Shown: positions 40,341 to 54,100 of the stretch, in pieces
How the letters are laid out: each line of letters starts with the position of its first letter
Position numbering within the stretch: position 1 is the first letter of the stretch
From: Phoronis australis
Lineage: Eukaryota > Animalia > Phoronida
Assembly: GCA_002633005.1 (NCBI GenBank)
Contig: NMRA01000092.1
Span: forward strand, 521,710 to 585,709
DNA length: 64,000 nucleotides
Reading direction: 5' to 3'
Made by a program: the position numbers and the translations under genes
The notes under the pieces: model-generated
Databases searched by the model: none
Seen by the model: the letters and a program-made list of their open reading frames with translations, nothing else
Told to the model about the DNA's origin: nothing

Positions 40341-43300
40341 TAGTTAAGGGGACATTACCAGTTTTATGTCGGAAAAAAACACATTTCTACTATACAATGA
40401 TTGACGTAGAGCTCATTGACCAAGTATGAAAGTCAATAATTGTTTTTGCTGATGTTTATTACATGATTACGCCCACTAGGTAACTCTTGGAAGGAGTCTT
40501 TATGTTTAGGCTTTCGATCATGTGTTGACCAGTGATGCGTTGAATGAGTTGCCAGTTTTTTTACCCCAAATATGGAAACATTTTGCAAGTGACGTGTATG
40601 GAAAGTCTGTGAACTTAGCCTTTGACGACGACACACCTTTTGTACAATATTAGTGTAATGGTGAGTAATGCGATGCCTTGATGCAGGTTTGCATTCATTC
40701 CCTAGTTAATATTTTACAACAAACATGACATCTGAATCCAGATAACATAAAAGACTGAATGTTAATCTTGTTATTGGTAATAAAACCTTCAATTTTAGAT
40801 ATACATGGTGGTCTAAAAGCACTCCTCAGTTCGTCCTAAATTAGCTTGTTTTGACTGAAGTGGCATTAGTTTGTGTTTGTTACACAGTTTTCCCAAAAGA
40901 CTCCCATTTTATATTTCACTTTAAATTTGTACGTTACAACATTTTCACATCTTTTTCAGTTGTTTTAGATTGCAGGTCTGTGAGATTCCTTTGATACCAA
41001 CATCGTTGAAATAATACACAGTGGGGTATAACGAGCGTGGAGGTCTACTCTTCCACAAAACCAGTGCATCTGTTACACCAACAATGCACTAGCGAGACTT
41101 TGCTGGGACAATGGCTACCAATAAGAGGGACAATTGAACTTCTGCTTGTTAGTTTTTGAAGACTTGGGTAGGGTAGCAAATATTGTGCTAATGAAAGCCG
41201 CAATCATAATTATTGACCATAGCCAGTAGTCCGTTGTGGGACAGGCTTAAGAAGTTGGCATTTCGATCAGTAACGACTGTCCTACAGATGGACCTTAAGG
41301 TGTTGCTAACAAAATACAAATTTTTCAATGGTAGACTAATCATAATGAGGTTGAACAACTAGTACTTTGTCAGGACATCTGTGTCGGGAGATTGAAAACA
41401 ACCCTGGCTAATGTTGGATGTGAAAAAGGGCCTCCATGAACCTATCAACCATCCCTAGAGGGAGGGGAGAGTTCCGGCTCACTGAGGTCGACTCCAATAT
41501 CTGTGACCTTCAGTGGTATTTGCTACATTTCCAGTTTCCCGTGATTTTGTCACCAAACATTCAATTGACCCATCAACTACACTGTTCTTGCCAAAATCTC
41601 ACTTGAATCATTTGTGTCCTAAGGTTGAATTTTTGTGGATTCCGAAAAGTTTTTATCCATTGCTGCTTCGAATATGGTCCAATTCGATATGTGTCAAAAG
41701 AATCTCCTAGGCCTGCAGTCTACACCACCTAGAAAATATACAAGAAAATGGTATGAAAAGTACTTTTCTGAAATTAGCCTCGGGATGTAATCAACTTGAA
41801 ACCTCCAGCAGTTGTAATCCTTATGCTTTAGCAGCAGGGCCTCTAACTCAACCTGCTAAATGGTGGAGTATTGTAAGGGTATTGAACTGATAAAGGCGCC
41901 TGCCTTAATTTCATCAAATGTCTGGCTGACAACCTTGAGAAGTAGTGATTTGTAATAGAATCACAAAACACTGTGGATTTCAGCTCTGATCAAAGCTGAT
42001 AACTTCAAGGGGCCTATCCCATCCAATAATAATACTCAAAACACATTTTTGGTCATAAAACTGATAATCTCCCTTCGATGCTGCTATAAACATGCCTTCA
42101 GTCAAAAAACTGTTGCTTGATTAAGACCACTGATCATCAAAAATTGATCTTAAATTGTTTTCGTCCAGATTGGAAGTCATTTCTGGGGTTTGGAAGGGCC
42201 GAGTTCACTAATTGGCCCGAGAACAAGCTCAAGACATTGGCTTGACTTGACAGGCCATTTGTTACCTCATACATAAATATTTGACTTGTCAGTATTCACC
42301 AGTTTTAAAGGGCTATTTTGTTTAACTCAAAAATTGATCACTTCCAGCAGTTGACCATATCATAATAAATTTCAGATTTTCATGAAATTGGACTTAGCTT
42401 CATGACATGCACATTATGTTTAGATTAACAACAATACAGGGACATAACTGAATTTCATTAACTACATGCTGTGGCTTATGTTGATTAAAGAAACACTTAA
42501 GTCAACTACTGCCTTCCTAAAATGATATTGTGATAACCCTCTGACTGCGATGAATTAGATTATTTTTCCAGTTACCAAGGTGGTTTTGTCATCAAGATTA
42601 CTTTCTAGACTAATTAAATTTCTTAAACATAATTTTTTTTTTCTTCGCCATGAGTTACTTCAATTTCTAAAGTTGCGGTTGTTTAACTTGTTTAACTTCC
42701 AAAACCTGTCGTTTCACTGTCTACAGTGCTGGATGACAAGTGAAGTGCCCTGACCTGTGGACAGGTATAGTCTAGCAATAACCAAGAAGTCAGTTTGTTT
42801 GCTCGTGTCACTTGTCTTGAACTACTACTGCCTTAAAAATACCTCTGTTTTTATATTTACGGTAGGCACTTAAATCCCATTCTAGATGTTGCTGTGGTGT
42901 AAATGACATACGTTTTAATAACATGTTTCTTAGTGTTGGTGTTCCTTCAAGTCAAATATGATTAATAATGATAGTAATAAGAACAATAAAACGACAACAA
43001 CAATAACAATAGCATTAAGTACAACCTGACAAAGCTGAATCATTCATTTGTGAAATTGCATAACTCTTTTTCTCCATTATCACCTTTTCTATGAATGAAT
43101 GCTTTTAATTCATACATTTCCTAGCTGCTTAGTCGCCGATGTTGAATTCTAGTAACTGGAAGCACTTTGGGGTTTAGAAACTTTACGAGGCTGATCCAGC
43201 TTTGAGTTGTTACAAAATGAGCCAGTGACTAATTCAAGCAATGCATACCATTTCTTGTTTGCAATTTTAGGGTAATGGCCAACCGCATTTAAACTCTGAA

Positions 43301-43433
43301 GCCTTTTCTTGAAGTTACGTAGGACTAGTCTGTATTTAGCCAAATATTTAAAGAATATGATACACATTTTTACTCGGTATAGGTATGCTTACTGAAAGTA
43401 GAACGCCTGTAGGTGTTTCACTTTATATAACAT

Positions 43434-43820
43434 TCTGCTATTAATTGGGTTGTGTGACCATGTATTTTAGTAAAATTTAGCATTAAGATACATATTAGAT
43501 AGCAAAAAACAATGGTATCAATTACATGACCAAATTTCATTTGATATAAATGTTCAAAAATGTCTCAAAAATGTTGTTACATTAATTTGTCTAAATTATC
43601 TTTTTGTTTTATGTTTGTTTTGATTTTTTTCATAAATAAATGAATTAAGTTGTATTTTTATAGCTCCTCATGCAAAATTGAAACATTGAAAAAAACAATT
43701 TGTAAGGTGGCTATGGAGAACAGTTCAGTAAAGTATGCTGCCCCAAAGTTTCATGTGAAGCCTTATTGGGCACATGTCTGAGATATGTTCCCAAGTTAGC
43801 CAGATTTGGACATTTTTGTG
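43434..43820. mobile_element. Kolobok-like MITE, family B fragment
   Basis: TCTGCTATTAATTGGGTTGTGTGACC...ACAATGGTATC...AAGTTTCATGTGAA...GATTTGGACATTTTT matches the other family B copies. Confidence 0.5.
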
Positions 43821-44628
43821 TCCCTAATGGTTTGACGTCTTGTTGCTAAAGGAAAAAGAATCTTATCGGGGAAAGGACTATTATGAGACCTATGTTTTGA
43901 AAGTAAACTGATTTATTCGATTTTTGAGCTGAACTGACAACGAGCAGCTGAAATTAAGATTGGAACTAATATTAGTCATGAATAAAACTGTTTATGAATC
44001 TATAGATCAACAAATCTATTACTTATTTTTCAAGCACGTGCACTCTGGCAAACTAATGAAAATTGATCTGAAACAACAGACATATTGTTTACTTAATTTC
44101 CAACTTGTATGAAAATACGCAAAATAAACTGGACAGTGTTGAAGTTTCAGCACACAAACCTGCTACTAACTATCCACTTATTTTTGTCTATAATCCATTT
44201 CAATACTGGCTAAAGCTAAACAAAATTTTGTTAATTGGAATCGTAGCAACTTACTGGGCAGGTAAATTCTGAGAAAAGTGTGACAGAAACACTGTTTTAT
44301 TGCGACTTAAGTTCAACTTAACTGACAAATATTACTTGTAGTCAGATGTTAATCCAAACTAGGTAAAGTTCTGTTGACGCCTGCCCAGTTTATTTTGACA
44401 ACTATTGTATTTTCCATAAAAATTGGGGACGTGCCCTCAGTTTCAAAACAAATGAGTTTTTGCTCATTATGAAAAAGTTAATGTACAGTATATATAAACA
44501 TGGCTCTAAAATTATCTAAACTTATTCATGAGAAAAGTGTACGTGGCTCAAATCAAAAGATGGTGAAAATTTCACCATTTTTCTGATGAGTTACCGGGAA
44601 ATGCACCATCAATATAGAACAAATTTAA

Positions 44629-45391
44629 AGGCGCTTTCTGTCAAAAACAACTTTGTTTAGGCCACTTATCATGAAAACTTGGTACGTCTTTTAGATTAAA
44701 ATTGATTTCAAGAACAGACAGCGGCAACTAAAATTATGAAAAAGTTTCTGCTTGGAAGGTCTGGACAGACCCTTGCAATTTGAGGATTGCAAGAGTTTGT
44801 GCAGCTGTTGCTGTTTGTGTGTTAGTGACCCAACATATAATTAAATGGAGGAGCAGGTCAATGATGGATTGGGTAGCATTCTATTTACTGGCTTTATCCC
44901 CAGCCATGGAGCCTTCGGGAGTACACTGCCTTCGTCCTTGCTATAAGAAAGCGCGTGACCTAGTTTTGGAAATCAGGCACATTTCCGTGTCTCTCATTGA
45001 TGTTGGAAAGGCAAAGAATTTCAGATCACGCATCTTCAGGTATTTATTCATTTTATCAAGCTTTTTCATGTCGGAATTGCAGCCCACAGCACAGCAGTAA
45101 TACTTTGTTGGCATTGGAAGGACAAATTGAGTGATGCAACTGAAAAACTTGTTAGGAATCAGACAACAACATGTAACATGTGAAACTCCAGTGGCGTCAA
45201 AATGAGGCTGCAAATGTGCCTGACGGATGTTTACAGTATTGTGGGAAAATACAGCGAGAGTCCAAACGTGACTGTATAATCTGGGGCGGGCCTATTGATT
45301 TTCTATTATCATGGAGGCATTTGCGACATATTTTATATGGCTAAGTATCCTGGATTATGATTAATGATTTAGATGGCAAGAAAATGCCCCT
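44629..45391 (-). mobile_element. Kolobok-like deletion derivative carrying a THAP-domain N-terminus
   Basis: TTAA at 44625-44628 and 45392-45395; imperfect AG...CT TIRs (AGGCGCTTTCTGTCA / TGGCAAGAAAATGCCCCT). Minus strand from 45114 reads MPTKYYCCAVGCNSD...LKFFAFPT, the THAP CxxxC...FxFP signature. TTAA TSD, RR..YY ends and an N-terminal THAP are established Kolobok traits. Confidence 0.75.
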
Positions 45392-47863
45392 TTAAATTTC
45401 AGAGTAATTTGTTTGCAAAAATTGATAAAGTGATGTTTAAAAACATGATTTTCTTCATTTTTGCTACCGTAGGTAAAAACTGCTGTGTCTCTGAACCATG
45501 TCTGTCTAATTACATTTTTTCTGGCTTGAACTGTGATTCACATTCTGATGGTGCTCAAGCCGTTTGATACCTTTCACAGATGTAAGCTTTTAATTTATTT
45601 TACCTAAGCTTTGAGTTAAAATGCCAAAACATGGCAAATGTTATAATTAGACTCTAGGGTGCCCTTATATATTGTCAGTAGTATGGGAGCACATCCCTAC
45701 TTTGGTGTGGAGATTGTGCAATAGTGATGCTTAATTGATACAGTAAACAGTTGGTCAACTGTTGGAAACATTGCCTCACTTTACGAACAGCTGCCTCACT
45801 GACTTTCAAAGCACCCACTTCCCTTCAGCATTCTCAGTGCACCATATTTCAGCATGTCGTGGCAATGCCCCACTTCATTAAATCACGATAGTAATCGCTC
45901 TCTTCTTTCACTATTTAACCTGATTTGTACTTGTAGACATAAAAACTTGCTCATTTTTTAACTTTCAGTCTTCGCACTATACAATCTATCAATGATGCTC
46001 CGTATAGCTGGTGTTGTGATGTAAAGGTCTATGCCATTATTTTGCCCGTTTTGTGTATTCAAAGACATTGCTCAATGTGTGTTCCATTTCCATATAGTCT
46101 TGATACTTCACCATTATTTTCAACCGAACCTATTCTCGAGACGTCTGGTCATCAGTGTCTGGATGAAATGGGCTCAAGAGGGGCAGTAATGGGCAACTTC
46201 AACCAAAAACATGCCTGGAATAAGGTATCATCGACAGGTTCTTATTCAGATTGTACCACACTTTGTCAATTCCTTGTTGGTCTCCCTGTTTTTGAGATAG
46301 CACTGAGAATCACCATGGTTTGGCCAGGCCCTATCATGATATGCCTGGTTTTCTGACACAATATCACACCACTGATTGCTATTCTTTCACTCTTTTACCT
46401 GAATTTAGTTAAAAAAATGGAAACACTTGTGCAGACCTATTTTTCATTTTTGTTTAAATTTTCACAATGCTGATTTCCTAATGAGTCGTGTCATTTTTAT
46501 CATGCATGAAAGTCTCATTTACTTGCCACTAACATTGACTGTTGTGATAAGTTTGCTAATTCAAGCTCCTTTCCAACACCAGCTGTGATATCTCGGACAT
46601 TTCTGTATGTTTGCACATTACCTATCCTGAAATTTTCGAAAAAGTCTGTGTAACATTAGGTCACATTAACTTTACAAGCACACACCTGTGTTTAACCTTT
46701 ATATCGACTGTATTCAGTAATTAGTCTCTTGTTGTTCCCTGCTTGCCGACTGTTGACATCATCCTTGACAAGATTGTTTAATATGTGTCCTCTATATTAG
46801 ATTCCCTGCAAGGTTCGCTTGACCTCCTTCTCATCAGCTGTAAACAAATGGGAAGAAAATTACAATTCAGAACTGCTTGAACCGGTCATTAAAGTTAATC
46901 CGAGCATTTATTCCAGGCATTTTGCATTAAGTTTTCCCTGTGTGTAATGGCTCAGTAAATATTTGGACGAGTTATGACGCAGCAAGTGTCTTCATAACTT
47001 ACCCAGCTTGCATGGTTTTCAGCATATATTGTGAAGTTAAAAGATAAAGTGATAACATAAAGATATAGCTGCATTAAGGTTATAATCGCTATTTTTAAAC
47101 TTCTTACTTGTTTCATTTTCAGCAATTATGGCTGCCCAATTAATATTGTTGGCGAACACTAGTAGTCAAGTTTTGAGATTATGCTTTGTTCTACTGATCG
47201 CATTTTTCTTGAGGGTCACACATTTGTCCTGTGGGAACATTGAGAACATGAGTTTATCAATTAATTGAATTGATACAAAGTAGTTGGAAAATTAGTGATA
47301 TTAAAGGAGTATCTTATTAATTGCTGTGTTGGTACAGGAAAGCTCAAGTTCAGCAGGATGCACACCCACGCTCGTGACACCTGAAGTTTCTCACTTGATT
47401 GCCCTGGCCACCAAACAACAAGCGTACAGTATTTTCCAAGAATTATTTTATTAATTAATGGTTGACTCTAACTGCTGGGGAGCAAGTTGAGTTTCATCAG
47501 AACGACACTCTTGTTTTAACTGGTGTTGTGCCAGCTGGCAGTAATTATAATATTTGAAACGAGTTGATTCTTTGAATTTTACTTTTTGTATCCCGTGCTC
47601 AGTAGGTTAGCAGATGGTAAAATAGTAGGAAGAGTTGCCTTCTAGATAAAAATGTCGTCATACACGATGTAGTTGTTGAAAGTGATTTATTTCCAATTTA
47701 GGCTTACTATACTGCCGCAAATGCTCTTTTTTACCAAATGTTGTTTGACAACAGGTGTACCAGAATACCACGCAACAATCGGGGAAAACATTTCGTGTCA
47801 TTAGACTTAAGGACATTTTTGTCCTAAATCGAAATAATAAAAACAGTAATTTTACACTTATTC

Positions 47864-48060
47864 TGCACAAAAATAATTGCCCGAAATTGTCATTTTCCAG
47901 TTTTCAAAGTCTGATTACTTTACTGGGAATTATGGAAAATTTAGCATAAGTTATTTTATGACACCTGCGCAATACAACCAATTGACTAAAACTTTCTCCA
48001 TCTCTATTTTTTTGAAGACATTTGACAAAACAGAATTTCAGTTGCCGGCCATATTGTGTA
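47864..48060. repeat. Dispersed repeat, copy 2
   Basis: Homologous to 28580-28800. Confidence 0.75.
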
Positions 48061-50977
48061 CCATGACATCCTCAGACAGAATTTTTATTCCACCTGTTAT
48101 GTCATCTATGCCTGACACAACCACTGGGTTCCTTCCTGATGTAGCTACCAGCTCAAGTATTTGCAGTCTAATTTGAAACATATGGTGGTATTCATAAGCT
48201 TTGAGTAGTGTCACCATACTGAAGTTAAAATGGCCAGATATTGATAGTACTGAAGCAAACGTCCCCGTCAGTTACGACTAGGTAAAAAAATTCCAGCGAA
48301 ATTCAAGCCACATTTGAATTTTCTTCTTTTTTTATGATTGAGACATCGGCGATTTCACCGTTCATTATGTTTCTTAACTATAAAACATTGCTTTTTGTGC
48401 CAAGCAGTTGAAAACTGGTCGCTGGCACAGTTTCATGAGTCTAATACTAAGACTATAAAATGGAGATGAATGATTGTTTACCTCTTGCAGGTTCTCTATA
48501 AAATAAAGCTCCCAAAGCCATGTTGCCCAACATTCCCGCAAAAGAACGCTCAAAGGGTGATTTACAAGAAGCACAGATTGTTTAGGTTTCTGATTGCAGT
48601 AAATTAATTACCAAATCAGTTCATTTCGTACCACTGAGTCTACGATGTTTCTGGTGATGTTTTGCAAAGTATAACCGAGATCTTTTTAAGAAATTAATGG
48701 TCTATAAGGAAAACAGCAGTGGGTGCTTTGGCATTAATCAATGTCATGTTTACAATATATACACACATGTCTGAAGTTAAAACATCACCATGTGAAACAA
48801 ACACACCATTAAAGTACAGAATGAACAAGGAATGCCTCAATAGGTGAGTGGGTGTGTCACGGCCAGGGTTTTACCTTTGTAGATGTATTGCTAAACTTCT
48901 CCAGTTTGGGACAGTGGAAAATTTATTGTAAGTTTTGCTCTGTGGGAGAGCTTTTATCAAATTTTAGAAATGGGCAAATCTTGGCAGTCCCTTTTCAGAC
49001 TTTGTTGATGCAAAACGCAGTCTGCTTGATACTTGGGAAGTATGAAAAACACCAAAATCACCCATGCTCCAATTTTCAAAATTAGGAAAATTCAATTTTG
49101 GTTTAATTTCAAGTATTCCAAATTTTAGGAACGGTCCTAAACCTGAAGAATTTTTACCGTATTGTTATTATTCGCAGAGAGGATTAGACTTTCGGTTCAA
49201 GAATGCTTAGAGTATGGGGTCTAGTCAATTCATAATATGGGTGCCTTTGCTGTTGAAACCAATGCCACGGTGGGTGGTAGAGGTATGTCGAACAGAACCC
49301 CTATTGTCCTTAGGTTTTGTGTTCTTCAATGCCTTGTCTGAGTGGGCAGACAGTCACACGCTATAAAATGCAGTCAAAGGAATCAATTCTGAACACTATA
49401 TTATTTTTGTTCTTGACTCTAATACTTTGGGTGCAGGTGATGGTAAGGTTTGCATTGTTCTGCTGCCAGGCCAGTGCTGTATATTAGTGTATGCCACTCA
49501 AAGGTAGGGGTGTGCCCTAAAATTGGAATTGTCACACTAAAATTGTACCCTTGTTACAAAACGTGCTCCAATTTGTACACTGCAAAACCCTACAAAAATG
49601 TTTACCCCAGTATTCATACCTTTATATCACTGATGTACTTTGTCACATTTATCACACAGTTATCACGTGGGTCCCAAAAACACTTAGATACAACTCAAAA
49701 AGCACATTACCAAATGTACAAAAACTTTAACTTATGGAAAGTACCGTATACTGAATGACAATAATATTACAGTGAGGTCTTATTGTTGTACAAACCGGTG
49801 TAAACTAATGGTAAGCTCGGAGTAGATATGTGCAAAAAGGAGGTAAAAGCTCTGTTTCAACTGTAAATTAGTTTTTAAAACACAAAAAATTAAAACGTGT
49901 GCTTAAAGTTTTGGACGTCATTATCAATTAGTTACACCAGCACTCAACAATTCTCATTAATATATTGACCTGAAATTATGGAACAACTATTGATAAACTA
50001 TCACAGTCCATAGTAAATACACAAGAAGACAGCACCTACCAATCCTAGCAGTGAAAATAACAGAACATCATCCATGATTTTCAAAATGGGGAAAATCACG
50101 GTTACATTGAGCGCTATTTTGGTATCAAAACTATTACCATAACAAAATACCATGTGACATCGTTTCACACGCTAGCGAGTATCAAATGTTTTGATTTAAT
50201 TTTAAATTTGTTACAAAGAATCTAGTTGTGAAATTAGGCTAATTGACACTTTTCTTTGGTATGGTCATATTGTGGTTGAAATCAAGAGCTCTTAGTGTTA
50301 TTTTTGTCTACGTAAAACACCGTCATTCTTCTTTTATCTTCCTTTAAAGTTGCCCATTTTGGCCCGCTGATTGCCATGGTCAACATAACTTTAATTTGCT
50401 TCTCATGCATTTTCAATACAACTAGATGTGATTTCACGGACAAACTCTACTTACTTTAAAGATGTTCTCTTGTTGGCAACTGCTTTAACACTGTTATCTG
50501 GAGACCACCTTAGACAACAAAAATCCATTTTCCCAATACTATATAGGAGTCCTTCAAGCCAGTGCATTCAAAACAGCTCAATTTCATTATGTAACACCAC
50601 ATTAACGACTTTTCTGTGTTGTTGGATATGTTTGAGTAACAATTCCAGCTTCGCCTGGCCTTTTCTGTCAATAAAACTGACATAAAATGCTGCAAAAATC
50701 ACCATCAAGGCATCACATTAGTGACAGTCTAAGACCCACTGAATCAGGGTCGTTATGTGCCATTCCCTGGACTGTTAAACCAAAAAATTTCTAACATGAT
50801 CTGATCTAGTATCATGTTTGATAAACTTGACAAACAAATGAGCCCAATTGTGTTGGTACACAATGCTGTGGTAGAAAAGGGAGTGGGAGCCAATACCAGC
50901 CATACAAAGGAATGAGCAGGTGAAAGTTAAGCCTAATTTCTCTGTAACTCAACCGTTTTTCTCCATTCAAAGTTTTT

Positions 50978-51048
50978 TAGTGATAGTATTTTATACAAAA
51001 CACATCTTCGTCACGACATAGTGATAGTATTTTATACAAAACGCATCT
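50978..51048. repeat. ~41-bp tandem duplication
   Basis: TAGTGATAGTATTTTATACAAAAC(A/G)CATCT starts at 50978 and 51019. Confidence 0.85.
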
Positions 51049-51172
51049 GTCTCATTTGTTCAGCGTCGTCTAGAAATAGTATTTTTAAGTATTGATTAGT
51101 GTCAGGTGCCTGTTTACAATATAATTGTTGGATTACGTTTGAGCTTATGAAATGAACGTAGACAATGAGAGA

Positions 51173-54100
51173 CATGCTATAAACATTCCCACTAAATAAG
51201 ATTGGTCCTAACCCCGCTTGTCAAGGTAAACGGTGGGGTTTGGAAAATTGAACTAAACCGTATTTATCCACCTTGGCTGAGTCGCACTCGGCTCAGGATC
51301 AAAGGGATGCCGCCAAGCTGCTCTATTCATCGAGTCACCAGCGAGGATAATTGGCTTCGCTCATGCGGATATCATCAGCTGATTACAATCTAGCTAGCAG
51401 ACTGTACTTTGTATGGGGAGAGTTTTACGTAGTTTTTACTGTAATATTTGAAAAGAGGAGAGAAAACAAATATGAGTACAACTTTGAATTTTTCAAATCG
51501 GCCCAGGATAAGAGATTTTGCAACACAGCAATACTCACGATTACTTTCATTTGGCGCGAACGAAAACAAAAATATAGGACCCGAGTTATTTAGATTTGGA
51601 ACACATGTATTGCAATATTCAAAATACGTTTATTATGAATCTTACAAGCTGTAAAACGACGTTGTTTAATTTCATTGTGCTCATTCATTGTCATTTGTCA
51701 AATCGGCAATTTCCGAGATGTGATCTGCGGCGTGCGCGTATGTGTACAAAACACGTGATGAAATTAAGAAACTTTAGCATGCCGTTATTATTGACAGGGA
51801 CACGATAAAACGAATTTGGATTTTGACTATAGTCTTGATACAGCGAGCTGGCTGACCACTGCGTCAGTGTCTCCGTGAGACCCAGAAATTTCACACAGCC
51901 CGTGTAGTTCACCTCGTCACCTCGTCCCCAACATGTAGATCAAGCCTTGGACTATTAATACTCAACGGTAGAGCTAACGACCATCGGCCTGTGCACACAA
52001 AATCTGTGAGTTACGTAACCAGCACTCACCTTGCACGTTGCAGCCGTTTAAGTGAAAAACAATCTAGTAAACGCCATTTTCTTGCATAATCCTCCGCCTT
52101 TTGTAACAAAAAAGCCTGTCGTCGATGACCCGCACACGCACGCTCACTCACTCTCATACGCAGACGACCTTCAAAACAAACGTCACGTGACAACAACATG
52201 TGTGTTCATCCAGAGATTTTTCTCGTGTTGTGGGTTACGATGTAGCACAGATTTGGACTTAATCGCAATTAATCTGGACTCCACATGAAGATTTCTGGTA
52301 ATTTGTTGAGTCAAAACTATATTTTTATTCAAGAGTTCAAGTTTTCCCATTGACGATCAGTCGGCAAGTTTTCGCCCTGTGATGAGCACAATTTTTTGAA
52401 AAATTATCGTATCTAATTTAACAACAGAAGTTGATAGCAATGCACCACAATTTTGTAGAAAGACTGTCATAGGCTATAAATAGGTCAAAGAGCGTAAATT
52501 AGATGAATCCTAGCTTCCGATTTTACCCGTTTGGGAAACTGGGTTTCAACTGGCGTAGGCTACAATAAGCTCCCCTCCCCGTGAAATGAATTATTCTAAG
52601 CGTTTATCATGTCGTGAACACATCCACTAAAACAAGAAACTGTAGGAACACCGCATTTATCCACCTTCACTCTTATCAGGCTTCTATTGTGAGTCAGCAT
52701 GCGTGAATAATTGGCTGATAAGCCACCTCTGGAACTACTTTGGGCTGAATGGATGACCAGGCCATAAAATGATAATTAGCCAAGACCAGTTACTATAATG
52801 CAACAAAGAACAAGTAATAATGTCTTGCATCACCTAGCCTTGGTGGAAAGCTGTATACTGTATTGGCTCAAACAAACGCTTAGAAAAATTCATTTCACGG
52901 GGAGGGGACGCTTATTGTAGTGAGCCTACGGCAGTTGAAACCCGGTTTCCCAAACGGGTAAAATCGGAAGCTAGGATTCATCAAATTTACGCTCTGTGAC
53001 GTATTTGTAGCCTATGACAGCCTTTCTACAAAATTGTGGTGCATTGCTATCAACTTCCGTTGTTAAATTACGATAATTTTTCAAAAAATTGTGCTCATCA
53101 CAGGGCGAAAACTTGCCGACTGATGCGTCGCTGAATCGCGATCGTCAATAGGAAAACTTGTACTCTTGAATAAAAATATAGTTTCGACTCAACAAATTAC
53201 CTGAAATCTTCCTGATGTTTTACAATTTTTAAAGTTCCTGTGGAGTCCAGATTAATTGCGATTAAGTCCAAATGTGCGCTACATCGTACTCCACAACACG
53301 AGAAAAATCTCTGGATGAACACACATGTTGTTGTCACGTGACGTTTGTTTTGAAGGTCGTCTGCGTATGAGAGTGAGTGAGCGTGCGTGTGCGGGTCATC
53401 GACGATAGACTTTTTTGTTACAAAAGGCGGAGGATTATGCAAGAAAATGGCGTTTACTAGATTGTTTTTCACTTAAACGGCTGTAACGTGCAAGGTGAGT
53501 GCGCTCGCAGAGTCACATCTCGGAAGTTTCCGGTTTGACGGATGACAAAGAACGATCTCAATGAAATTACACAAAGTCGTTTTAGAGCTTGTAATAGCTA
53601 TACAAAACGTATTTTGAGTATTAAAATGCATTTTTTCCAAAACCTAAATAACACACGGAGTAGTTCTACATTTATACAATCCTAACTTGGGTCCTATATT
53701 TTTGTATTCGTGCGCGCCGAATGAAAGTAATCGTGAGTGTTTCTGTGTTGCAAAATCTCTTATCCTGGGCCGATTTGGAAAATTCAAAGTTGTATTCGTA
53801 TTTGTTTTCGCTCCTCTTTTCAAATATTTCAGTAAAAACTACGTAAAATTCTCTCCATAAAAAGTACAGTTGTTAGGCTAGACTGTAATCAGCTGGTCAT
53901 ATCCGCATGAGCAAAGTCAATTATCCTCGCTCGTGACTTGATGAATAGAGCTGCTTGGCGGCATCCCTTTGAGCATGAGCCGAGCGCGTCTCAGCCAAGG
54001 TGGATAAATACGGTCTAGTTCAATTTTCCATACCCCGCCGTTTACCTTAAACACCGGGGTTAGAACCAATTTTATTTAGTGGGAATGTTCATAGCATGTT

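Noticed and set aside
44583-44605. Other CTGATGA...GAAA hammerhead candidates (also near 30020, 60145 and 61500)
   Set aside because: No stem II pairing between the core boxes.
46042-46356. MGNFNQKHAW resembling the LINE endonuclease GDFN motif
   Set aside because: A single short motif without other collinear APE or RT motifs.
52052-53472. Duplicated ORFs MKNNLVNAIFLHNPPPF (52052+ and 53472-) as a gene pair
   Set aside because: They start at GTG, lie inside the inverted repeat copies, end differently and have no recognisable domain.
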